A stretch of DNA of 64,000 bases from assembly GCA_964615625.1 (NCBI GenBank), contig CAZTQT010000002.1, positions 5,555 through 69,554 of the forward strand, read 5' to 3'. Shown here in pieces: positions 40,102 to 49,047 of the stretch (position 1 is its first letter; every line of letters begins with the position of its first letter). The notes below the pieces were generated by a model. That model did not search any database. It saw nothing but the letters and a program-made list of their open reading frames with translations, and was not told the DNA's origin. The stretch comes from an uncultured Candidatus Saccharibacteria bacterium. Its GTDB lineage: Bacteria > Patescibacteriota > WWE3 > UBA101185 > UBA10185. Position numbers and translations under genes: made by a program.

Positions 40102-42162
40102 TTAAAGTTTACGACTTACCTCAAAATATATTGCCCCACCATCCATCTGAGTGCTAACCTCTCCTAATTTTCCTTTCCTATAGGCATCACGCATATATTT
40201 AAGTTTTTCTGGTTCTCTTCCAGCCATGTACATCATAGGGATTCCCATTGGTAACCCCCAAGCATCTACAAATTTATTATAATCAACTCCCGGATCTAAC
40301 ATTCCTATAGAAACCGCACTATCAATAAACTCTTGAGGGTCAATTTTATCTACTTCAAAATCTGGATCCTTTTCTATTATGTAATAACTATTATCAAACA
40401 GGTCCCCATCACCTATAGGTGCTTCCTCAACTTTATTTACTTTAAATCCAAACAATTTTGCATAATCTCTAAATTGAGAATCCGTTGTGGTCATTCTATT
40501 AAACTTGTGTTTTTCATCTGGTCCGTCAAATATGTTTCTTGCTTTCCCTGTCTCTACCCCAAGAGATTCTAAATGAGCAGAATATCTGGATATTTCATCA
40601 GCATACTGATCTTTTACCTCAGATACCTTCTCTTCTGGTATCTTCGGTATGTCAATAATACCTATCCCGTTAGGAGTTAAAACACGATGCATTTCATCAA
40701 AAAATCTAGCCATTTTTTCAGGAGTATTATTGTGTAAAACAGTCCTTCCAAAACAATAGAAAACTTCTGGCGATAAATCTCCAGAGTTATCACCATTAGG
40801 GAAGGGCATATTATGCCAATCTGCGACAGAGGTCTTAATTGATGGGTCCTGTTCTTTAATCCTTTTAACATGGTGTTGCTCATAATCTAAGGCTGTAATG
40901 TTATAACCTAAATCATGTAAAACAACAGCAAGTCTTCCCGTACCAGCCCCTACATCAACAACCCTAACCTCTTGGACAGGCTTTCCAAATTTATCTGCAA
41001 ATTCCTGTATCTGATCCTGTATTATCCTTGACTCTCTAAGAGTTAACTCTGGATTATTTAATACGTATTCATGAAAATCTATAGATTTATATATCTGAGT
41101 TAAACTTGTCATTACTTCCTGAATATCTTGACCTTGTAATGTGTTGTACAGATTTGTTAAAGACTCATTATCTTTACTATGCTCTGTTATTGTTTCTATA
41201 ATAGGAACAACTCCAAAAACATTCATTCCCTGAACTGCTAGTGTTAATCTAGCACTATCACTTAAACCTTCTGAGGTAATGATATTTGTAACCACTTCTA
41301 TCTCATCCATGGTCTCTAAATTTTCTAATACCTTTCTTACAACAGATCCTTTACCTTCTTCTGCAAATTGTTGTATTGCTCTCACAACCAAAGGCATCAG
41401 ATGTTCTTTTTCTTGGTCATAATCTTCTTTATTCATTCTATAAATATTGTTAATCTCTTCCCCTGGGTGGGGTTTTGTCATTTTTACCTTATTATTGGAT
41501 AGCCATAATCTGTATGTAAGATAATCAAGCATTTCTTCTCTATTTTCAAAATTTGAATCAAAAAGTAAATTCTCTACTCTTTTGACTCCAGAATACCTTT
41601 CATCACCACCAATGATTCTCTTTATTAAATTCTTTTCCTCTGGATGAATAATCATATCCATAGTTTTGTGATAACTCATGGCCTTACCATCCCAATAATC
41701 TTGTATAAAAAGGTTCTCTTTTGTAGGATTATGATAAAGTCTATCAAACTGAGTATTAGTGTACTCCCACGCTCTCAGAACATTCGATATATCTTCATCA
41801 CTGCCCCCTGTTTTAATTATATTTTTGTGAGACTCCCAGGCTTTAACATCAGTAGGTACATATTCCCCTATAGACTGAGTTTCGTTTTTTAATTCAGGTA
41901 CTTGATTAATAAGAGATACTAATTGTTCATGAGATTCAATAGATGTTCCTAAACCCCATACAAAAACAGGGCGTTCGGGAAGACTTGAATCTATCTCTAA
42001 AGATGTTGTATTTTCAACACTTTTTACACCTTCAACATCTTTGAATAGCTCTTCTGCTAAATTAGTTGGATTCTCATCTTTCTCATCTAAATAAAGATCG
42101 GTTACCTCGTCTATTGATGATTCGGGGTTTTTCATCATACGTATATGATACAACAGAGACAA
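40102..42162 (-). CDS. Large protein with a central class I SAM-dependent methyltransferase domain
   Basis: Motif I VRVVDVGAGTGRLAVVL at about residue 395, flanked by a 390-aa N-terminal and a 200-aa C-terminal region with no recognised motifs. Confidence 0.55.
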   Translation of the reverse strand: MSLLYHIRMMKNPESSIDEVTDLYLDEKDENPTNLAEELFKDVEGVKSVENTTSLEIDSSLPERPVFVWGLGTSIESHEQLVSLINQVPELKNETQSIGEYVPTDVKAWESHKNIIKTGGSDEDISNVLRAWEYTNTQFDRLYHNPTKENLFIQDYWDGKAMSYHKTMDMIIHPEEKNLIKRIIGGDERYSGVKRVENLLFDSNFENREEMLDYLTYRLWLSNNKVKMTKPHPGEEINNIYRMNKEDYDQEKEHLMPLVVRAIQQFAEEGKGSVVRKVLENLETMDEIEVVTNIITSEGLSDSARLTLAVQGMNVFGVVPIIETITEHSKDNESLTNLYNTLQGQDIQEVMTSLTQIYKSIDFHEYVLNNPELTLRESRIIQDQIQEFADKFGKPVQEVRVVDVGAGTGRLAVVLHDLGYNITALDYEQHHVKRIKEQDPSIKTSVADWHNMPFPNGDNSGDLSPEVFYCFGRTVLHNNTPEKMARFFDEMHRVLTPNGIGIIDIPKIPEEKVSEVKDQYADEISRYSAHLESLGVETGKARNIFDGPDEKHKFNRMTTTDSQFRDYAKLFGFKVNKVEEAPIGDGDLFDNSYYIIEKDPDFEVDKIDPQEFIDSAVSIGMLDPGVDYNKFVDAWGLPMGIPMMYMAGREPEKLKYMRDAYRKGKLGEVSTQMDGGAIYFEVSRKL

Positions 42163-42318
42163 TTTATTGGATAGTAAAAATATGAAAGAAGTGTTCTACT
42201 ATAAATTACACAGGTACATATAATCCTAAAAGCCCCCTATCTCATATATAAAAATAGATTAAAAGTAAATTAAAAAAAACAAAAGCCCGAGCTTAAAATA
42301 CAAACTCGGGCTATAAAA

Positions 42319-42621
42319 TTAAAATTTAAAGTGTTTACGGCGGGCAGATCCCCCTGTATCTTGTCCCATGGGTTTCCTACCGGGGTTTTTAGATCCGTTT
42401 AGAGCTTGGCTACGCCCAAATTGTTCGCTTTCTTTCCGTTGCCGGTGCTTTTTCCAGCGATAATCGGCCTTTTTCATGGCTTCCCTGTAAGCTGGGCAAT
42501 ATCTGTTACAAAATTCTAAAACATCTCCATTTGGGAACTTAACCCGTGCTCTAAGAGTGTCAACCACTCTACCACAAGTACACGTGGTAGACTCTAAAGT
42601 ACCTTTACCATCTTTATCCAT
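42319..42621 (-). CDS. Small zinc-ribbon (TRASH/YHS-like) protein with a basic disordered tail
   Basis: CTCG…x20…FCNRYC pattern. Local GC about 45–47%, clearly above its surroundings. Confidence 0.45.
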   Translation of the reverse strand: MDKDGKGTLESTTCTCGRVVDTLRARVKFPNGDVLEFCNRYCPAYREAMKKADYRWKKHRQRKESEQFGRSQALNGSKNPGRKPMGQDTGGSARRKHFKF

Positions 42622-43117
42622 CTTTCTCTCCTTTTGATTATATTTTTGAGACTAAATTTTATCTCTTAAAGCCTTCTATCTAAAATAAAAAGCTTTAAGA
42701 GAGAGCCGATGTTAGGGTTAGTACCTTTCATCGGCTCTTAGATGCTTAAGCTTGGTTGTTTAGAACCTTTTACATAACGTGTAAGCTTAGTACACATTAA
42801 AACCTTTTTTGGTCGCTGAACATTCAATCCCTACGGATTTACGGTACCAACCGCTGTTCTAAGTGTAACCAAGGAAAGGATTCCTTTTTTCGGATATATT
42901 TAATATCCTTCCAGACCACTGATTTCCCTGTCTATAAGGACCAGTCCACAAATGGATGGTATGAGAGCAGGTACTTTCTAACGATTAGTCTGGTGGCTAA
43001 CCAAAACTGAGGAAAGAGATTTCCTCTCAAAACCCTCTATTTGAAAAATAAAAAGCTTTGAGAGAAAGTCACGTTAATATTTTACCTTTTTACCCTCTTT
43101 TTGTCAATACTATAGGG

Positions 43118-44254
43118 TTAATTAATAGCTTCTAACTCTTTTCTTAATTTTTCCATTAAAATACTATAAAAACGCAAATTGTGTATTGTAGCAAGCCTTA
43201 AAGCCGTTACTTCTTTATTTCTAAAAAGATGACTTAAATAAGATTTACTATAATTCTTACACAGTAGGCAATCACAAGCCTCACTTATTTTTGTATGATC
43301 TTGAGTATATTTTTTACTACTTGGATCTAAAAATGAGTAAAAATTGTCATCTCTAATATTTATGTCTTCTATTGACTTAGCATTATATACATATAATCTG
43401 CTATGACGTGCGTCTCTTGTTGGAAGGACACAATCAAAAATATAAAATCCTAGATCAAAACATTTGATAATATCTTCTGGCTTACCCACCCCAAGACCAT
43501 ATAATAAATAATCCTCGGGGGAATTTTCTGCAATTATTCTAGGAACATCTAAGTTAAACTCACCACTTTCCTTCATGGGCCAACCCCCGTAACCTAAACC
43601 ATCAAAACCTATCTTAACTAATTCTTTTGTACAATATTCTCTTAAATCTAAATACTCCCCTCCTTGGACAACGCCTAATAAATAAGGTCTGTCTTTTTCT
43701 TCTATATTATTTTCATTACATATTTTTAAAAATTCCTCTTTTGATCTTTTGGCCCAACTAAGAGTCCTTTCAACAGTTTCCTTTGCTTTTTCATAAGTAC
43801 ACTTGGGTTCAGTGAAATCATCTAAAACTACTACCATATCTGTTTTTAAGAGCATTTGAAATTGAATAGATTTTTCTGGAGTTAAAAACACCTCTTCCCC
43901 ATCTTCTGTTTTAAAAGTTACACCCCTATCATCAATTACTCCCTTGTTCTCACTTCTTTTTGCTAAAGACATTACTTGAAACCCACCAGAATCAGATATA
44001 ACCCCACCCTCCCATGACATAAATTGTCTTATTCCGTCAATATTTTTAAGAATATCTTCATGCAAATCTTTGTATAAATGATAGGTATTAACCAAAATCC
44101 CTGGCGTTTGTGTATTTTTTATATCAACAGAATCCAATGTTCTTATTACAGCTCTTGTAGCGTCTGGAAAAAACACTGGGAGAGGTATATCACCATTAAT
44201 AGTTTTAAATTTTTTAGCTGTTGTTTTTGAACCCATACTTATGAAATAATACAA
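43118..44254 (-). CDS. tgt: Queuine tRNA-ribosyltransferase
   Basis: Catalytic region and zinc site CDCLLCKNYSKSYLSHL. Confidence 0.85.
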   Translation of the reverse strand: MYYFISMGSKTTAKKFKTINGDIPLPVFFPDATRAVIRTLDSVDIKNTQTPGILVNTYHLYKDLHEDILKNIDGIRQFMSWEGGVISDSGGFQVMSLAKRSENKGVIDDRGVTFKTEDGEEVFLTPEKSIQFQMLLKTDMVVVLDDFTEPKCTYEKAKETVERTLSWAKRSKEEFLKICNENNIEEKDRPYLLGVVQGGEYLDLREYCTKELVKIGFDGLGYGGWPMKESGEFNLDVPRIIAENSPEDYLLYGLGVGKPEDIIKCFDLGFYIFDCVLPTRDARHSRLYVYNAKSIEDINIRDDNFYSFLDPSSKKYTQDHTKISEACDCLLCKNYSKSYLSHLFRNKEVTALRLATIHNLRFYSILMEKLRKELEAIN

Positions 44255-44274
44255 AAAGGTGAAGAATTATCAAA

Positions 44275-44859
44275 TTAACTAGCAATTGCGCTTTTAACAA
44301 AATCTTCTATCTCGCTCTGCCTACTATCTTTAGAAAAATCATTTAAATATTTTTTCCAGTTTTCAATGTGTCTATCTAAATTAGAAATAAGTTTATTCCT
44401 AGAATTATCTTTATTATCAAGCATTTCTCTACTACTCTCACTTCTTGAAGAAAACCCCGTTAGTATATGCCTTGCTATTACAGCTGTGCTTGTTTTATTT
44501 ACATTTTGGCCTCCTGGACCAGATGACCTTGTTTGAGAATATTCAATTTCTGTTTCCCACTGTTTATGAAGATTTTCTGTATCTGTGTTATCTAAACATT
44601 TTATTAACCACAAAGAGTAATATTCTAAGGCACCCGGAATCTGAGACTCGTTTAAATTTTTTATTGGAGATTTTTCAAGATCATTTTTTAAAGATGAGGT
44701 TATGAGATTCATTTCCTTTTCTCTATAGTTCTTTACTACCTCTTCTTTAATTGCCCTTTTAGTCTTTTTACCCTGTCTATCTCCTCCACCACCACCACCT
44801 TTTTCCACACCCATTAGCTCATCTTCAATTTCCCAAAGTTGTTCCTCTGTTAGTTTCAT
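44275..44859 (-). CDS. RF-1-domain (GGQ) peptidyl-tRNA hydrolase family protein, ArfB-like, with an extended N-terminus
   Basis: SSGPGGQNVNKTSTAV motif and an N-terminal Gly6 tract. Confidence 0.6.
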   Translation of the reverse strand: MKLTEEQLWEIEDELMGVEKGGGGGGDRQGKKTKRAIKEEVVKNYREKEMNLITSSLKNDLEKSPIKNLNESQIPGALEYYSLWLIKCLDNTDTENLHKQWETEIEYSQTRSSGPGGQNVNKTSTAVIARHILTGFSSRSESSREMLDNKDNSRNKLISNLDRHIENWKKYLNDFSKDSRQSEIEDFVKSAIAS

Positions 44860-44936
44860 ATATTAATTATATTCAGATATCACAATAGTTAAAAATTCCG
44901 AAGATAAGCTAATAGAACTTAAGATCATATAAATTT

Positions 44937-46079
44937 TTACTCAGATTTATTTATAACTTCACTGGACAAATACACCAAATGTTTAAACATTTCCCTAAGA
45001 TTTAATCCAAGATTTCTATCGTTTACCAAAGGTGCTGATAACCTACCCCCAGCATATTTAAAGTAATCATACACCTGTCGTGGTAATGCCTTTATACTTG
45101 TTCTGTAAACAGCATTTAAATCTTCTACAATACTATCTACATCAAAATCTTCTTTATATAACCTAATTCTTTCAATCATCTTGTCAACACCAAAACCATC
45201 TTCTGGAAGTTCTACAACATCTATAAAAACTTCTCTAGGCAACTCTTCTGCTAAAGATTTGTAGGACATTACATCATCAAGAGCTGACCAGTCCTCATTA
45301 CTAATACCATCTCTTTTAGAGACAATCTCAGAAAAATTGCCAGTAATTATACCTCTATCAAGTTCTTTAATTTTCGCACCCAATTCAGCATCCCTAACAA
45401 GAGACGCCCCAAGTTGGGAATCTAAATAGAAAAACGGGGCTATTCTTTTTTGGTTAAATTGATACGCACCATCAATAATAAACCCCTCTATATCAGAATC
45501 ATAAACATTTTTAATTTCAGTTAGAGCGTTTTTTAAGGTAGCCCCAGTATCTTCAAACTCATCTACTACTAGTACTTTTTTCCCTAAACTCTCAGGCTTG
45601 ATCTTTTCCTTCACAATACTTTTTGTAAATTCTGATCTAACCTTGTTACTCTCTGCTCTTTTTCCAATATCCATAAATTTAATTTCTGGTAGATTTAAAT
45701 TGCTGTCAATAAAACCTTTTTTCTCTAACATATCTACCATTTCTCTATATAAATATGATCCCGGCCTTGCAGATTTATCAAGAAAAATCAAAGTATCATA
45801 TCCCTCCCCACTCTTTGCACCATCAACAACCTTTTCTATTAAATTTAAGGTACCCTCCAAAAAGTATTTTGACTCATTAGTGACATTTCTAGCATATTCC
45901 GTAGAGTCCCTAAGTCCCCATTTGTGAGGACCGAACTTTTCCAACATTTTCCTTTCTATTTGCTCCATGTCCTCATCATTCAACAATTTAGATATTTTTA
46001 CATTAGATTCATTACTTTCAATACTGCTAATTTTTTCTGTTGGTGGGATTATAGAATTTATATTTTCAATACCATTCAT
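44937..46079 (-). CDS. Hypothetical protein with a type I phosphoribosyltransferase-like motif
   Basis: KVLVVDEFEDTGATL PRPP-binding-loop-like motif at about residue 225. Confidence 0.5.
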   Translation of the reverse strand: MNGIENINSIIPPTEKISSIESNESNVKISKLLNDEDMEQIERKMLEKFGPHKWGLRDSTEYARNVTNESKYFLEGTLNLIEKVVDGAKSGEGYDTLIFLDKSARPGSYLYREMVDMLEKKGFIDSNLNLPEIKFMDIGKRAESNKVRSEFTKSIVKEKIKPESLGKKVLVVDEFEDTGATLKNALTEIKNVYDSDIEGFIIDGAYQFNQKRIAPFFYLDSQLGASLVRDAELGAKIKELDRGIITGNFSEIVSKRDGISNEDWSALDDVMSYKSLAEELPREVFIDVVELPEDGFGVDKMIERIRLYKEDFDVDSIVEDLNAVYRTSIKALPRQVYDYFKYAGGRLSAPLVNDRNLGLNLREMFKHLVYLSSEVINKSE

Positions 46080-46228
46080 AATTAATAATGTTATCAGAAA
46101 ACGGAAAAATTTTTACTCTAAATGTGCTAATAATTTTAACAATCATATGATTAGTGCATCAAACTTGTAAGAATAACTTCAACAGAAAAACTTGAGAACG
46201 GTGTCAAAAAAATGACCGGAACTTCCTT

Positions 46229-46510
46229 TTAGGAACATTCCGGTCTAATTCTACTAACAGGTATACCCATTTTATCCCAATCTTTAATTGTATTTAAAAC
46301 TGGGTGAGTAGGGTAATAATCCACAAACTCAGCTAAGGACAGAGTGCTACAGGATGGTAACTCCTCGTTAAATCCTAAGACACACCTAAGCTTCTTCAAT
46401 TTCGCTTCATTTAAAGCTGTAATTACACGAGAGTTTCCAGAAAAAGACAAGATCATCACCCAAACCTTTACACTATCACCACGATCCACCTTAATTGTAT
46501 TTAATTTCAC
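46229..46510 (-). CDS. Hypothetical protein
   Basis: 93-aa ORF. Confidence 0.35.
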   Translation of the reverse strand: MKLNTIKVDRGDSVKVWVMILSFSGNSRVITALNEAKLKKLRCVLGFNEELPSCSTLSLAEFVDYYPTHPVLNTIKDWDKMGIPVSRIRPECS

Positions 46511-46560
46511 CTTTTCTCTCCTATTTCTTTTTTGAGACGTTATTCTAACATAAAAATTAT

Positions 46561-47046
46561 CTAAATACCAAGTTCAAGTACTTGCTCTCTAATGTCTCTA
46601 ATAAGCTCATTCTGATCCACAGTTGCACCTCTTATTGCATTTTCCAAGGTTCTAGTACGAACAATAAGAAGTTTTAAATTATTTTCTTCTGCATTCCTCC
46701 TTTTATAGTTTATAACAGAAGGGTTTCTGGAAGTTGTAACATCAAAATGCACATACTCATTAGTATCAGGACGATAAATGACAAAGTCCCCTCCCTTCTC
46801 ATGTACATCCTCCTTATATGTAGTCTTTCTAAACCTTACATCTTTAAAAACTTTACCAGCATTCTCATCCTCTTCAGAAAAACCCTCTAACCCAAGAACT
46901 TTTTCTAAAAACTCTCCCACTAATTTCTCAGCACGCTCACCTCCATCATAGCTTTCAGAACTCCAAACTACTGGATTAGTATTTGGATTATTATTTTGAT
47001 TAACATTTGGATATTTATTTATACCCATAGAATAATTTAAACACAC
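46561..47046 (-). CDS. Hypothetical protein
   Basis: 161-aa ORF with an N-terminal N/P-rich region. Confidence 0.4.
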   Translation of the reverse strand: MCLNYSMGINKYPNVNQNNNPNTNPVVWSSESYDGGERAEKLVGEFLEKVLGLEGFSEEDENAGKVFKDVRFRKTTYKEDVHEKGGDFVIYRPDTNEYVHFDVTTSRNPSVINYKRRNAEENNLKLLIVRTRTLENAIRGATVDQNELIRDIREQVLELGI

Positions 47047-47087
47047 CCCACTTCAAAACTCCAGCAAAATAATCTATGATATAACCA

Positions 47088-49046
47088 ATGCCCAGAACAA
47101 TTAAAAAGATCATCTTATCTGCTATAGTTTTTCTTCTTACTTTTACTGTATATGTATCTTTTGAACACACGGTTATGGCGGGCACCACACCACCCATAAC
47201 TTCCGCCCAAGTTGATCCAGAAAATCCAAACGGTAAAAATGATTGGTACACCAAACCTGTAAAAATAACTCTAACAGGAACCGATCTTGAAAGTGGTGTT
47301 AAAGAGATCAATTACAGAATAGACACCAGTAATTGGGTAAAAAAAGATTTCTCTAACTCTTTAAATTTAGCCCCAAACCCATCTTTTGAAGAAATTGGGA
47401 GTTTAGATTCCCTAGACACACAAGACTGGAAAATAAGTAATTCAGCACCTGGGGCAACTTATGCTAGGGATAATGTTATTTATAAAGATGAATTTCCAAT
47501 AACATCTGTAAGAATAGACTCTACAGATAACTCCTGGCATTCTATAAATCATTCTGATATTTTTGCAGCTGCAAGTTCTTTCCACAACATGAGTGCTTAT
47601 GCATGGATCAAAACATCTAGTGCCAGTGGTAATGTTTACTTTAACATATACTCCATTTCCAGAGATAATTTAGGGCAAGTAACAACAAACTTTGTAAAAA
47701 CAAGTCCTGTTGTTTCGGGTACAAGTGACTGGACAAAAGTGTCAACTAACTTTACACCAACCGCAGAAAATGTAATAGGTGTTTATATGGAGGTTGGAAT
47801 AGAAGGAACGAGTACAATGTGGGTAGACGCTGTAAATATAAGCAAATCAGATGTACCAACAGTCCTATTTTATGTCAGTTCAGATGGGCACCACACAGTT
47901 GAGTATTACTCAGTAGATAAAGCTGGAAATGTAGAACCTACAAAGTCAATTAATCTAAAGGTTGATCAAACACCCCCTGGGAGATGGAACGATTCAGGTT
48001 CTGTAAGATCTTTGATAGGAAATGACCATCAAATATATACATGGATCTATGTTGAAGATGATACATCAGGTATCTCCACACTTACTGATAAATTTCAATA
48101 TTTTATACCTGGGAGGGGTACTGATTTTGGACGATTTCCAAATGTTGGAGAATGTAAAGGAACATGGCAAAACGATGGATGGGCAATTCTTGTCAGCCCT
48201 CCGTTTTTACCTGGTGTGAAAAAAGCCTACCTAGTTACACCAATGGTGGACTTTTGTGACAGTGAGTGGCATAAAGCATGTCATTACGTTAGGTTTTACT
48301 CTGAGGATATGGCTGGGAATTCAGCTGTCAAAGATCTGTGTATAAACGGTCCTTGGATCAAGATAAGAGGAAACGGAATTGTTAGAGCTAATCAAAATAT
48401 AGAGATGGTGGCTGAATCTGTAGAACACAGTACCGATGGACTGGTTGAAATAGGAGGAGATTCAATAAATTTCTTCACATCCTCTAAGAATGCGTATTTG
48501 AAGCAAATCGATCCTCCAATAGAATTTGATTATCAAAAGTTTTTTGAAAGTGTAAAAGGTCCAAAAACCCAAATATCTACGACTGGAAACTTAGTTGCCT
48601 CGTCAGGGCCATACGTTATAGAAGGAGACTATGAAATAACCAATTCAAAAATACCTAGTGGATACTCCTCTGCAACATTTGATCAAATAGTTTTTGTTAA
48701 CGGGAATCTAAGAATATCAACCAATGTAGGGGTCTCTAAAACATCAACAGCTCTTTTCATAGTAAGTGGTGATGTAGAAATAGGCAAAAAAGTTGAAAAT
48801 GTAGAAATAGGGATTATATCTGATGGGGATATAAAAACAGCCTACAACTTAGACGAAGGAAAGACATGCAAAACACTTAATTTAAAGGGAATATTTATTG
48901 CTAATAGAATAAGGTTTTCAAGAACGTTGCAAGGAAACAACAATGAAAAAAGTCCTGCTGAAAACGTTTTATACGAACCCAAATATGTTTTGAAAATGTC
49001 CAATTTTATAAAATCCAATTCTGTAAAATGGATATATTCTGATTAA
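47088..49046 (+). CDS. Large secreted or cell-surface protein, hypothetical
   Basis: N-terminal signal peptide or anchor, then 650 aa rich in beta-strand-type residues (T, S, N, G, D). Confidence 0.55.
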   Translation: MPRTIKKIILSAIVFLLTFTVYVSFEHTVMAGTTPPITSAQVDPENPNGKNDWYTKPVKITLTGTDLESGVKEINYRIDTSNWVKKDFSNSLNLAPNPSFEEIGSLDSLDTQDWKISNSAPGATYARDNVIYKDEFPITSVRIDSTDNSWHSINHSDIFAAASSFHNMSAYAWIKTSSASGNVYFNIYSISRDNLGQVTTNFVKTSPVVSGTSDWTKVSTNFTPTAENVIGVYMEVGIEGTSTMWVDAVNISKSDVPTVLFYVSSDGHHTVEYYSVDKAGNVEPTKSINLKVDQTPPGRWNDSGSVRSLIGNDHQIYTWIYVEDDTSGISTLTDKFQYFIPGRGTDFGRFPNVGECKGTWQNDGWAILVSPPFLPGVKKAYLVTPMVDFCDSEWHKACHYVRFYSEDMAGNSAVKDLCINGPWIKIRGNGIVRANQNIEMVAESVEHSTDGLVEIGGDSINFFTSSKNAYLKQIDPPIEFDYQKFFESVKGPKTQISTTGNLVASSGPYVIEGDYEITNSKIPSGYSSATFDQIVFVNGNLRISTNVGVSKTSTALFIVSGDVEIGKKVENVEIGIISDGDIKTAYNLDEGKTCKTLNLKGIFIANRIRFSRTLQGNNNEKSPAENVLYEPKYVLKMSNFIKSNSVKWIYSD

Positions 49047-49047
49047 T

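Noticed and set aside
42622-43117. The structured spacer considered as tmRNA or RNase P RNA.
   Set aside because: The conserved RNase P P4 sequences (GGAAAGUCCGGGCUCC, ACAGAACCCGGCUUA) are absent, as is a tRNA-like CCA acceptor end with a T-arm, and no ANDENYALAA-type tag frame was seen. It is kept only as an unclassified structured region.
47015-47311. A 98-aa minus-strand ORF overlapping the start of the secreted-protein gene.
   Set aside because: It overlaps the signal-peptide coding region of a well-supported + strand gene and the end of the upstream gene. It has no RBS and a hydrophobic low-complexity translation, and is likely spurious.
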